Below, piece after piece: positions 42,464-53,751 of a stretch of 64,000 nt of DNA (the first letter of the stretch is position 1; each line of letters opens with the position of its first letter). The position numbers and the translations under genes were made by a program. Location: positions 2,046,001 to 2,110,000 of the forward strand of contig AP024664.1 of the NCBI GenBank assembly GCA_024346625.1, written 5' to 3'. This DNA is from Williopsis jadinii. Its lineage: Eukaryota. The notes under the pieces are model-generated. The model saw only the letters and a program-made list of their open reading frames with translations. It was not told where the DNA came from and ran no database searches.

Positions 42464-45061
42464 ATGGCTTTCTCTGCAGCCTCTAGGTCTGACGAACAGA
42501 TCTTCAGTGGAAGAGAGTCCAGTTCCTCTGAATCAGAATATGATTATGACTTCTTTTGGAGAAAGGATACGCCATTGACCAAGATCTTAGATATCGATAC
42601 CAATACCAAAGATTCACATGTTGCCAGAGATGAGAGGTTGCTGAGATTGACTGGTTCCCATCCATTCAACTGTGAACCACCTCTGTCTTTGAACTACCAG
42701 CAGGGATTTATCACACCATCTCACTTGCACTTTGTAAGAAACCACGGTGCTGTGCCTGTTGTTGACGAGTCAGAAATCATGAACTGGACCTTCACTGTCG
42801 AAGGTATGGTTGATAATCCATTGACTTTGACTTTGAAAGATATGATACGTGACTTTCCACAATACACAACCCCAATAACTCTGTGCTGTGCTGGTAATAG
42901 ACGAAAAGAGCAGAACATGGTCTTGAAGGGTAAAGGTTTCAACTGGGGTGCCTCAGGTGTTTCAACGTCTCTATGGACAGGTTGTTTCCTATGGGATATC
43001 ATCTCCAAGGCTAATCCTTCTAAAAAAGCTAGGTATGTTTGGATGGAGGGAGGCGATGATCCTGCTAAAGGACCATATGGTACGTGTGTTCCCCTCCACA
43101 TGGTTAGAGACACCGAGAGAATGATCATGGTTGCTTATAAGCAGAACGGTGAATTTCTATCACCAGATCATGGTAAACCGCTGCGTTGTGTTCTGCCAGG
43201 TATTATCGGTGGTCGTTCAGTTAAGTGGTTGAAGAGACTGGTTGTTTCAGACGTCCCCTCCAATAACTGGTATCACTACTACGATAACAAGGTTCTGCCA
43301 ACGATGGTTACCAACAAAATGGCTGCTGAAGAGGACCACTGGTGGAAGGATGAGCGGTACACAATCTATGACCTGAACTTACAGACCATCACTGTCTACC
43401 CGGAGAACGATGAACGCTTGATCATCAATGAAACAAACGAGAGTGAGCTCTACGAAATCAAGGGATTTGGGTATAATGGAGGTGGTAAGCGAATTGGAAG
43501 AATCGAGGTTTCCCTGGACCGTGGTAAGACATGGACACTTTGTGATATCGACTACCCAGAAGATAGGTACAGGGAAGCTGGCTACGTCGACCTCTTTGGT
43601 GGTACTGTCAACGTCTGTGACAGAATGTCCTGTCTTTGCTGGTGCTTCTGGAGCACCAAAGTGGAGAAGAAGCTCTTCAAGAGCTCCAAGGATATCGTCG
43701 TGAGAGGTATGGATATCTCTATGAGTGCTCAACCTAGAAACATGTACTGGAATGTCACCTCCATGCTTAATAACTGGTGGTACCGTGTTGCCATCCAGCC
43801 TGGAGACACAGCAGATGAGATCAAGTTCGAACATCCTTGCATTGCCAACAAGGCTGGAGGATGGATGGATAGAGTCAAGGCACAAGGTGGTGATATTCTC
43901 GATAGAACGTGGGGTGAGGATGATGAAGACGATTCAGGACCTAAAGTCAAGAAAGAGGTTGTTGATGAGGACCTGGAGATGATGATCAATCCTGAAAAGA
44001 GGGACGTTATCATTACAACTGAGGAGCTGGCAAAGCACGCTAACAAAGAGGACCCATGGTTTGTCGTTAAGGGTCATGTTTTCACCGGTACGCCGTTTTT
44101 GGACGAGCACCCAGGTGGTGTTCAGGCTATTACAAATGTTGCTGGTGAAGATGCCACTGATGACTTCATTGCTATTCACTCTGAAGGATCCAAACTGTTG
44201 ATGAAAAAGTTCCATATAGGAAGACTTGAAACCACGGCAATGTCAGCCCCTACAGACGCTGTGACTGAAATCACACCTACGCTTTTGAATCCTAAAGTTT
44301 GGAAGAAGATCACACTAGTGAAGAAGGAAATCATATCGCATGATTCAAGAATATTCCATTTCGCTCTTGAGTCGCCAGAGCAAACCACTGGATTGCCCGT
44401 TGGTAAGCACCTGTTCATCAGATCTAAAGGACCAGACGGAAAACTCGTGATGAGGGCCTATACACCTAAGTCAAACCACAAGCAGAAAGGTATATTGGAA
44501 ATTCTAATCAAAGTATACTTTCCTCGTGGTGATATTCCAGGTGGTAAGATGACCATGATTTTGGAGAACATGGAGATGGGCACTCAAATTGAAGCTAAAG
44601 GTCCAACTGGTGAGTTTGAATATTTGGAGAATGGTAACTTCCTCTATAATGAGAAGCCTGGAAGAGCTGACTCTTTCTTACTCCTGGCTGGTGGATCTGG
44701 TATTACCCCTTGTTATCAAGTCATTGCAGAAATTGTGTCTCAAGAAAAGGACAATACAAAGATGAAAATGTTCTACGCAAATCGTGCTCTTGGGGACATC
44801 CTTTGTTACGAAGACCTTGAAGGATTTAAGAAAATTACAAATTCTAATCTTGAAATAGATTACTGTCTTTCAGAAACACCTGAAGATTGGGATGGTCTCT
44901 CTGGATATCTTAACAAAGAGTTATGGGACCAATACATTGAAGAACAAAAGAAGAACGGTGAGTTCATGGTCCTGGTCTGTGGTCCTCCTGGAATGGTTGG
45001 CGCTATAGAGAAGCTTGTTAAAGAGAGCGATCTAGACCCTTCAAGAGTTGTCTACTTCTGA
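42464..45061 (+). CDS. YNR1: Assimilatory NAD(P)H:nitrate reductase (Moco, cytochrome b5 and FAD domains)
   Basis: RLTGSHPFNCEP, LCCAGNRRKEQN, PDHGKPLR, HPGG, RAYTP, AGGSGITP, CGPPGM; first ATG 42464. Confidence 0.97.
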   Translation: MAFSAASRSDEQIFSGRESSSSESEYDYDFFWRKDTPLTKILDIDTNTKDSHVARDERLLRLTGSHPFNCEPPLSLNYQQGFITPSHLHFVRNHGAVPVVDESEIMNWTFTVEGMVDNPLTLTLKDMIRDFPQYTTPITLCCAGNRRKEQNMVLKGKGFNWGASGVSTSLWTGCFLWDIISKANPSKKARYVWMEGGDDPAKGPYGTCVPLHMVRDTERMIMVAYKQNGEFLSPDHGKPLRCVLPGIIGGRSVKWLKRLVVSDVPSNNWYHYYDNKVLPTMVTNKMAAEEDHWWKDERYTIYDLNLQTITVYPENDERLIINETNESELYEIKGFGYNGGGKRIGRIEVSLDRGKTWTLCDIDYPEDRYREAGYVDLFGGTVNVCDRMSCLCWCFWSTKVEKKLFKSSKDIVVRGMDISMSAQPRNMYWNVTSMLNNWWYRVAIQPGDTADEIKFEHPCIANKAGGWMDRVKAQGGDILDRTWGEDDEDDSGPKVKKEVVDEDLEMMINPEKRDVIITTEELAKHANKEDPWFVVKGHVFTGTPFLDEHPGGVQAITNVAGEDATDDFIAIHSEGSKLLMKKFHIGRLETTAMSAPTDAVTEITPTLLNPKVWKKITLVKKEIISHDSRIFHFALESPEQTTGLPVGKHLFIRSKGPDGKLVMRAYTPKSNHKQKGILEILIKVYFPRGDIPGGKMTMILENMEMGTQIEAKGPTGEFEYLENGNFLYNEKPGRADSFLLLAGGSGITPCYQVIAEIVSQEKDNTKMKMFYANRALGDILCYEDLEGFKKITNSNLEIDYCLSETPEDWDGLSGYLNKELWDQYIEEQKKNGEFMVLVCGPPGMVGAIEKLVKESDLDPSRVVYF

Positions 45062-45777
45062 TTTGCATTGCTGTATAACACTGATATCGCTCTCTGTATC
45101 GAATACTACGTTAGAATATAGATAAAGCTTGTAACTTCTGCGTATACAGTGCGCATAAGACATCGAAAGCCCTGATTAGTTGAAACTTTATCTTGATCTG
45201 ACTCATTATCATCCAGTCTACAACCAATCATATTTCTCTCCCCCAAACTTCTCTGCCTCCATGCGAACCAATCTGAAGAAGTGTAGGGTTCTAATTCTTA
45301 TCAACATGAGATGATAGCCCACGTACATAATTCTCATGCAGTATGAGGCATGTTGTTGTTGCCACGGTTACTCGGTGTTAACGAACAACCTCCAGGCGGA
45401 GAATATTTGATTCAAGCACAATACATCGCAAAGGAACCAACCATGGACCTCAAGCGATGGCCTTATCTCAACCTCAGTTGGTGCCTCCGTATGGCTGTAT
45501 ATTTCATGTTGGACCCATCTCGTCCGTGCTTTGAGAGGCGGATAATGTTTTTTCTTTTTTTTTGTTGTTGTGTTGGTTGTCTGGTATTGTTTCTGCTGAG
45601 CTGACACTCTGAAGGTTCCTGATTGGATATGGACTCATTATCCAATAACCTCTTCATGTGCTGATACACAAGGGCTACTGAAAAAAAGTTCTTCTTTTCT
45701 TCATTTATTTCATCATTTTTTTGTCTTCTCTCATTCACATCATTCTACAATCCGAATTCGAAGACAAACGAACTACG

Positions 45778-48700
45778 ATGAAGGTCGATGAGCAAAGAGG
45801 TGGGATACCTCCACTTCCTAAGTCGATGGAATCGCTAAGTGTCTCAAAGCATGTTGTTATTGTTGGTTTGGGAATGGTTGGCTTTGCATTTTTGGAAAAA
45901 ATGCTAGGTGATGATACAGCAAATGAGTACCATTACACTATTATCGGTGAGGAGCCTTACCTTGCGTACAACAGAGTCGGTCTTACCGAGTACTTTGAAC
46001 ACAGAAACTTTGACAACTTGTTACTCTCACCAAAGACGTTTTACGACTCACGTAACAGGGATCAATGGGACTTCAAGATTGATGAGAGCGTTGTAAAGAT
46101 TGACAGGGAAGCAAAGCGTCTGTCTACTTCTAAGGGAAACAAGTACAGTTATGATATCTTGGTTCTTGCAACAGGCTCATCTGGTCTTCTACCAACGCAT
46201 ATGCTCCCAGACCCTATCAACGGTGGTTCCAAGGATGATTTCAAGAACTATAGAGATATGGGCTGCTTCGTATACAGAACAATTGAAGATCTGAACTCCA
46301 TGTTGAGCTTTAGCGAAACCATCACCACAAGCACAAAGAGAGCGATTGTTGTTGGTGGTGGTCTCCTTGGTCTAGAAGCTGGTAAGGCTCTTTTGGATAT
46401 GGAAACTTTTGATAATGTCACTGTTGTCCACAGATCTAAATGGTTGCTGTCACAGCAGATGGATGAAAAGGGTGGGCTCTTACTGACGGAGAAAGTTCGT
46501 GATCTAGGTGTCACTGCGAGAACTGGAACTACCGTCGATGAGCTCATCTTTGGCGAAGATGGCAAGATGAAAGCAGTTAGATACAATACTGGAGAAATTG
46601 AAGAATGCCAACTGCTTTGCTACACCATTGGTATCAAGCCAAGAGACGAAGTTGCTAGTGAAGCTGGGCTTGTTTGTTCCAATAGAGGAGGTATAGCTAT
46701 TGATAACTTCATGGCTACATCTGATCCAAACATCTACGCTATTGGTGAGTGTGCCTCGTGGAATGACAAGACATTTGGTCTTATAGCACCGGGAGTCACC
46801 ATGGCGGATATTCTGTGCTTCAACTTGATCCAGGCCAAATTCCACTCACCAAAGGAATTCTCTGAGCCAGATGTTGGTACCAGACTTAAGCTCATGGGAG
46901 TTGACGTTGCGTCATTTGGTGATTACTTCGCTGATAGAAACGGTCCAAAGTGGGTTCCAAGGGGATATGAGCTTAAAGTGAAGTCACTTGTCTATGAAAA
47001 CCCAATTGAGAGCGTTTACACTAAGCTCATCTTCACATCTGATGGTAAGTATTTGCTTGGTGGTGTGTTAGTTGGTAACACATCACAGTTCACCAAGTAC
47101 ACCTCTATTGTGAAACAGCGTAAACCGTTGACTATGCCAGCATCAGAATTCATCTTAGGTAAGACCAGTGACGATGAGGATGCCTCCTTGCTCTCCGACG
47201 ATACACAGGTCTGTTCATGTCAGAACGTGACTAAGGGTACATTGGTGGCAAAGATTCGTGATGGTACATGTACTTCTTTGGGTGAGCTTAAGTCTGTTAC
47301 GAAAGCTGGTACATCTTGTGGTGGGTGTGAACCAACAATGAAGGCTATCTTTGAAGCTGAGATGAAGAAGATGGGAAAGCAGTTGTCCAACGCACTGTGT
47401 ATCCATTTCAAGGAATCAAGAGCAGATTTGTTCTCTATCATCATGGTGAAGCAATACAAAAAGTTCAGTGAGGTTATGGAACACCACGGTCTGATTCCAG
47501 GCGCCGCTGGTTGTGAGATTTGCAAGCCATGTATTGCATCTATTCTCAGTACTCTTCAAGGCCGTCACATCTTGGAGAATGATTTCCATGGCCTGCAAGA
47601 GACTAACGATAAGTTTTTGGGAAACATCCAAAGAAACGGAACGTATTCTGTTGTTCCTAGAATGTCTGCCGGTGAAATCACCCCTGAGAAGCTCATAGCT
47701 ATAGGTGAGATTGCTAAGAAGTACGACTTGTATACCAAGATCACCGGTGGTCAAAGAGTTGATCTTTTTGGAGCTTTGAAGCAAGATTTACCAAAGATCT
47801 GGGAGGAATTATACCAAAATGGCTTTGAATCTGGTCAAGCATATGGTAAGACTTTGAGAAATGTCAAGTCATGTGTTGGATCCACATGGTGTCGTTATGG
47901 TATTGGCGATTCTGTTGGACTGGCTATCAGATTGGAGGAACGTTACAAGGGAATCAGATCGCCACACAAGATGAAAGGTGGTGTTTCTGGATGTGTCAGA
48001 GACTGTGCAGAGATGCATGCGAAGGACTTTGGTTTATGTGCAGTCCAAAATGGGTTCAACGTGTATGTTGGTGGAAACGGTGGTATGAAGCCAGCCCACG
48101 CGCAACTTCTCAAAACTGATGTCCCACCATCTGAAGTTATTCCGTTGCTGGATAGATATCTGATGTTTTACTTCAGAACTGCTGATAAGCTTCAGAGAAC
48201 TGCGAGATGGTTGGAAAACCTTGAAGGTGGTATTGAATATGTTAGAGACGTTGTTGTGCACGATAAGTTGGGTATCTGTAAAGATCTTGAGGATCAAATG
48301 AATGAACTTGTTGGTCATTACTTTGACGAATGGGCTGCCTCTGTGACAGACAGAAAGCAGGAAGATGATAAGATCTTTGCGCAGTTTGCCAACACAGATG
48401 CGTCACAAGAGACTGTTGATATCATCAGAGAAAGAGGCCAAAGACGTCCAGCTGATTGGCCTGTTGATGATCAAGTTAAGAGAGAGGATTTCAAGAATGT
48501 CAAGTGGTCATCTCTATCATGGCGTAAGGTGTGCAAATCCACAGATCTTCCAGAGAAGGACGCTGGATCTTCTACCACTGTTTTGATATCTGATACACAG
48601 CTTGCTATCTTCAGACTGAAGGAAAAACTGTATGCTTGTCAGAATATGTGTGGACATAAGCGTGCGTTTGTCCTATCACAGGGTATTTTGGCAACAGATG

Positions 48701-49011
48701 AGAACAACGAGGTGTACGTTTCCTGTCCTCTTCATAAGAAGAACTATATCGTTGACGACAAATCTGAGCACACGGGCTCTTGTAAGAACGACGCTGCGCA
48801 GTCTGTGGCCACCTTTGAAATCAAGGAAGAAGATGGCGATATTTATTTGAAGCTTCCGCCAGAGTCAGAGCTTGATGAAGTCCTCGGCACTTCCAGATGG
48901 AAAGTGAAAAGCAGTGAATCCACCAGTCATTTTAAGGAGATTGACGACAAATTCAAATTCACAGTTCCTGTCAGGGCCGTTCCAGCTACTGGAAATGAAC
49001 TCGACTGGTAG
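45778..49011 (+). CDS. YNI1: Assimilatory NAD(P)H:nitrite reductase (FAD, BFD 2Fe-2S, siroheme, Rieske-like)
   Basis: VGLGMVG, GGGLLGLEA, CSC...CGGC, CVGSTWCRYG, GVSGCVRDC, CGHK...CPLH; first ATG 45778. Confidence 0.97.
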   Translation: MKVDEQRGGIPPLPKSMESLSVSKHVVIVGLGMVGFAFLEKMLGDDTANEYHYTIIGEEPYLAYNRVGLTEYFEHRNFDNLLLSPKTFYDSRNRDQWDFKIDESVVKIDREAKRLSTSKGNKYSYDILVLATGSSGLLPTHMLPDPINGGSKDDFKNYRDMGCFVYRTIEDLNSMLSFSETITTSTKRAIVVGGGLLGLEAGKALLDMETFDNVTVVHRSKWLLSQQMDEKGGLLLTEKVRDLGVTARTGTTVDELIFGEDGKMKAVRYNTGEIEECQLLCYTIGIKPRDEVASEAGLVCSNRGGIAIDNFMATSDPNIYAIGECASWNDKTFGLIAPGVTMADILCFNLIQAKFHSPKEFSEPDVGTRLKLMGVDVASFGDYFADRNGPKWVPRGYELKVKSLVYENPIESVYTKLIFTSDGKYLLGGVLVGNTSQFTKYTSIVKQRKPLTMPASEFILGKTSDDEDASLLSDDTQVCSCQNVTKGTLVAKIRDGTCTSLGELKSVTKAGTSCGGCEPTMKAIFEAEMKKMGKQLSNALCIHFKESRADLFSIIMVKQYKKFSEVMEHHGLIPGAAGCEICKPCIASILSTLQGRHILENDFHGLQETNDKFLGNIQRNGTYSVVPRMSAGEITPEKLIAIGEIAKKYDLYTKITGGQRVDLFGALKQDLPKIWEELYQNGFESGQAYGKTLRNVKSCVGSTWCRYGIGDSVGLAIRLEERYKGIRSPHKMKGGVSGCVRDCAEMHAKDFGLCAVQNGFNVYVGGNGGMKPAHAQLLKTDVPPSEVIPLLDRYLMFYFRTADKLQRTARWLENLEGGIEYVRDVVVHDKLGICKDLEDQMNELVGHYFDEWAASVTDRKQEDDKIFAQFANTDASQETVDIIRERGQRRPADWPVDDQVKREDFKNVKWSSLSWRKVCKSTDLPEKDAGSSTTVLISDTQLAIFRLKEKLYACQNMCGHKRAFVLSQGILATDENNEVYVSCPLHKKNYIVDDKSEHTGSCKNDAAQSVATFEIKEEDGDIYLKLPPESELDEVLGTSRWKVKSSESTSHFKEIDDKFKFTVPVRAVPATGNELDW

Positions 49012-49727
49012 ATATGCATATTACTATAAAGCTTTAAATTATTCTGTTGTTTTATCCTGTGTAGCAAGCAATTCAACCTTTTGGTCTGCTTCAAGTCCTG
49101 ACTGCTGAATCGAACTTAGACGTGTTAGTGAAACTAGCCATTGGAGGACACGGGAACGACTCGGTGAAATGTATTTGCAAGAGCTGATGGCTGTCACCGT
49201 GCTCATCACATAACACTGAATTGAATGGCCTAGATATCATTCCCAATAACAAAAGCAGTGTGCATAGTGTCTTGAGCAACAGCTTTGCGTAAGAGATCTT
49301 GCAGTGACTGAGACGCACATGCATCTACGACGGTGAGCCCATTCTCAATTTGTTTATTCCAAGCAGCAGTACCACCACAATCATCGCAATGGCACCACTT
49401 GAGCGTATCGTGAGGACAAACTCCTAATGAATCAGCTCCACAGACCGTAATCAAGTACAAGTTCTTGTTTTATTGTGAGGACGAAAAGAGCCCTAACACC
49501 GGCGCTTCCATCATTTTCCGCTTTGAAAAAGCAAAAAAAAGTTATCAGCGGAGATTATTTTTTTACCCTGAAACGGTGAAGAGATACACTCTGCGTACAA
49601 CGTAGGAGACCAAATTTACGGCGGTGATGCGAGATGTATAAAAACTTTTGATATCCCCCTTACGCACCTCAAGCTCTTCACATATTGTGATAGTTAGCAG
49701 ATTGTCTTTGCTACAATATAACCTAAG

Positions 49728-51263
49728 ATGCTTCTTTCTTACAGTACACTGTTACCAGTGTTGATGGCGTATGCCCAACTCGCCAAGGCAGAGGATTATG
49801 AGATTGTCGGTTCCTTTATCTTTGGACGTCACAACGACAGAGAAGCCAAACCAGCTACTGTTTTGACGCCAATTGGTGCTACAAACCAGTACATCACGGG
49901 TCAATTCTACCGTGAGCGTTACTTCGGTATTAATTCCGATGGCGAACGTAACGACACCTCCTCGACGTTGATCAAAGGCTTGAACGATGAGGGCCTGTTT
50001 GTCGATGGCCAGCTATACGCCGAAGCGATCTCCAGTAACGTCATCTTGTTCTCCCACTATGCCTTTTTGCAAGGTTTATACCCACCAACCAATCTCGTGA
50101 AGGCAGATTACGTTGATGAGATGATGGCAGAATTGGCCAACGGTACCGTTGTCGAGAACCCACTGGACGGGTACCAATACGTCAAGTCCAACATTCAAGA
50201 GAACGCCACTGACGCTTACATCCACATCAAGGGTGATGTGAACTGTCCATCTTTGACCAGTGCCACCAAGAAAACCATGAAGAGCGAGCTCTGGTCCACC
50301 TATTCTAACGAATCCGCAGAGTTCTTGCAATCCTTGTATGAGTACGACTTCATCAAGGAGACTTTCAGCGAGAGTGAGTTGACATTCACAAACTCAATGA
50401 ACATATACGACGAGCTCAACGTTAACACTATCCACAATGCCACCGTCGCTAAGGAGATCAGTGAAGATGTCGTTCGTCAGGTTAAAGTGTGGTCTGACTT
50501 GTACCAGTGGACTTTGAGTGACAAGACCATCAACACTAACCTAACCATCGGCGCACAGTCTCTTTTGGGCAACATGGTGACAAGATTGAACACAACAAAG
50601 GTGAAGGGAACCCCATTTTTGACGTACTACACTGGATCTTTCAACACTATGTTCCAATTGGCTAGCATCTTGGACTTGGATCAACAAGATGAGAGATTCA
50701 AGACCATGCCAGACTATGGATGTACCTATGTTTTCGAATTGCTCTCTGATTCAAATGAAGACATTTTTGTTAGATTCTCTTTCCAAAATGGTACATCCGA
50801 GTTAGGACAGGAACCAACAAGCTATGCGCTGTTCAACTCCACCGACGAAATCATGCCTTGGGACGACTTTGTAACTAACGCAAAGAACGCTGGAATCTCT
50901 GGTGTTTCCACTTGGTGTGATGCATGTGGCTATAACGATGGCTCTGATACGGCCATGCTTGATATGTGTGTTCCGTACAGTAATTTGTACGAATCTGCAA
51001 AGCAATTGGAGGCTGAAGGTGTTAATCTCAGCTCTATTGACATCGACTCCGATGATCAGGACTCAGGTTCCAACTTGACCCTCGCTGATGCCGGTGGTAT
51101 TGGTGCTGGTGTCACCATTGGTGTGTTCCTCATCTTGGGTGCTGCTTTCTTCTTGTTCAAGAAGGTCAGATCTCGTAAGCAAACAAGTCCTGTCTTGCCA
51201 ATTGCAAAGGAGGATGCTGATCACACACATTCTGAAAGTTCTACAGTGAAGAGTACTGCCTGA
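49728..51263 (+). CDS. Type I membrane histidine (acid) phosphatase-family protein
   Basis: Signal peptide, RHNDR (variant of RHGxR), LQGLYPP, PDYG...VFEL, many N-glycosylation sequons, C-terminal TM and short cytosolic tail. Confidence 0.85.
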   Translation: MLLSYSTLLPVLMAYAQLAKAEDYEIVGSFIFGRHNDREAKPATVLTPIGATNQYITGQFYRERYFGINSDGERNDTSSTLIKGLNDEGLFVDGQLYAEAISSNVILFSHYAFLQGLYPPTNLVKADYVDEMMAELANGTVVENPLDGYQYVKSNIQENATDAYIHIKGDVNCPSLTSATKKTMKSELWSTYSNESAEFLQSLYEYDFIKETFSESELTFTNSMNIYDELNVNTIHNATVAKEISEDVVRQVKVWSDLYQWTLSDKTINTNLTIGAQSLLGNMVTRLNTTKVKGTPFLTYYTGSFNTMFQLASILDLDQQDERFKTMPDYGCTYVFELLSDSNEDIFVRFSFQNGTSELGQEPTSYALFNSTDEIMPWDDFVTNAKNAGISGVSTWCDACGYNDGSDTAMLDMCVPYSNLYESAKQLEAEGVNLSSIDIDSDDQDSGSNLTLADAGGIGAGVTIGVFLILGAAFFLFKKVRSRKQTSPVLPIAKEDADHTHSESSTVKSTA

Positions 51264-53449
51264 TACTTTGGTTTAATCCGATTTTTATAAACGCTAATAA
51301 ATTATATTTACTCTGTCTTGAACGTGGTGTGCTGATTTGCGCTGTGCTACTCTGTAGTATCGAGATGTTTATACGTTAACATTGTGATTTGTGAATATCA
51401 TAAATGCCAAAGACATAATATGTGTGTTATGGGCTGTAAGGTGTGTGCTGCTTTAATATGGAACGCTTTGGAGGCTCGGTTTGTTAGGTATATGAACCGC
51501 TTTTAGAAGCATCCACTCCATCTTAATGTAATGTAACACCGGAAGAGACTCAGAACTAGGCACACAGCTCACACAGAGAGTATGTTTCTTACTACTCTGA
51601 GTCTTCGTTGTTCGCAGTGTACCACGTCTTCTAACCACAGCTAGTAATAGTACAACAATCCATATTGAAATTGGCGCAATAATGAATGTGAATGAATTAA
51701 AGGAAATTAGCGTATCGCGTGCCATATATCAACAGGGAGTTATGTTGGCCGTCGTCGTGGCCTGTCATTGACCACTTCTAAGTGCCATTAATCGTTTCTT
51801 CAGCTGTTGTATGCTCTTCAGGTTCAGCTTATAATCTCATTCAATATTAACGTCACAATATATTACACAGACAACTGTTGTTTGGTATATTCCTCTCCAC
51901 GTGGTGTGCTGTTGGAACATTTACTAGAAATATGAATAATGACAATATGATATAAAAATATAAACCGAGAAAATTGGCTCTTAGAATCTCAGAAAAAGGA
52001 AGATACGGTGGTTCAAAGAGTTCCTCTAAACCCATTCTAGAAAATACCCGATATTTAATTCAAACTTCAACATGAAAGCAGAATATCACAGTTGTGTGAT
52101 CTTCCACCAATTTGCACGTGATTTATGATATGGACACATTATAATTGTGACTGTCTTTTAGTTAGAAATCCCTCAACTGGACAACGAGACTCCAGTCTCG
52201 GGTGTTCATTTGAATGGAAAAGATTTCACTCTTTTCCTATTCCTTATAGTGTTGTTTTAGGACAGACACACACTAAGACTATTATATTGAAAACTCACAA
52301 CTATTGATATTATATCATATTATTGAATCATACATTTATTTGATCATATTATTGTTATTATCTCATCCCAGTATTCCACTTGATTAAATCAAAGAAGAAC
52401 TATCGGATAATATTGTGAATTGCAATACCTAGTACTTATACCTGAACCCCGAAGAGCACAGTTGCAACGAGCATCTGTGAAAGGGGCCCGATTTTAGTGC
52501 TTGTCCCTGCATAAGACAGCTTCCTAGGAGCACACTTGACAATGCATGATTGGTCCAATTCTGGTGCCATGTGCTGGAAATATGTACGCCTGTATCTTCG
52601 TGAATTCTTCAATAAACTAGCAACAGCCATAGACTGGTTCTCCAATACAAAACAAATTCAGACAGGTTTGTATATGGTGGGAATCAACATGAGATCTAGG
52701 CAATTGCTTGCCCTAACAGTAACGTAGCTGCACAAGGTATCTTGGGCACCTCAGCTACGATCGGTGATCTTAGCAATTACATTTTTGGGCCACACCTCTG
52801 TTACATGTGTAAAATGAACGTAACCACCTTTGTCAACCTCTTTTTGGGGGATAATGTGGGGATGTTGTTGTATGGGTTCCCCCTGGTATGTTTGGTGCTG
52901 TTAAAAGCCTCATCGCCGGGTGTGGTTTGTATGAGTGCAGCATCGTATATTTCTAAACAATTTAGCCAGGCTTGGCTAGTACACCAATAAAAGTCAATCA
53001 CTTCTACATGGGGAGGTTTACGTTGGCTAGTGGATTGTAAAAGTGAAAAGTTCTCGGCCAGCTTGTAGCACTTCTACTCACACAACGGTGGTTCCCGGTT
53101 AGACAGTTCCCAGATTGTGCACACAGCTCTTGAATATTATCCTTCATAATCGGTTGAGCCAACTCCTACTTGCATCAATCTATAAAACCTCTCATGTCTG
53201 GACCCATGGGTCTCCATCACGAGTGTTTTACCGCATTCATGTAAGCATCTGTCTCGGGCGTCCATACTAATACGTACCACTACGTGGTGACTTTTCACAC
53301 AGCTCAACTCATTCAACAGGATACACAATCACATGATCTTTTTCCCGCATTGCAATACCGATTTGTAAGCACTTGATGGGTGTCTCCGGTAAATAATTTA
53401 ACCCTCGCAATAGTTGGAATGTACACCCACACCCACGCAGTGCGCTGGA

Positions 53450-53690
53450 CCACAGTTTCGTGTTGATGGCACGCGCACGCAATCCCGATCAACATCGCCA
53501 CAGTTACTCATTTTGGTATAAAGAGCGGTGATTGAGCTGTACACACATGGTGAAATTCAGTGCAAATGGGTGCTTGTACCATGCTGTCGCTGGATATCAG
53601 AACGAGATGGCCAAAACTGTGGATCCTATCTGACGAGATCATACGAGATCAAGCGATTGGCAAGGATACTGTAAGTTGGTGGTATAAATA
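53450..53690 (+). promoter_or_regulatory. Met31/Met32-type sulfur-regulon sites and TATA box
   Basis: CCACAGTTT 53450-53458, CCACAGTT 53498-53505, AAACTGTGG 53614-53622, TATAAATA 53683-53690. Confidence 0.65.
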
Positions 53691-53751
53691 AGCTGGCTCA
53701 TTACTTGATCTCCCTCTCTCAGTGTACAGTACAACCATCACACCCGCGGCA

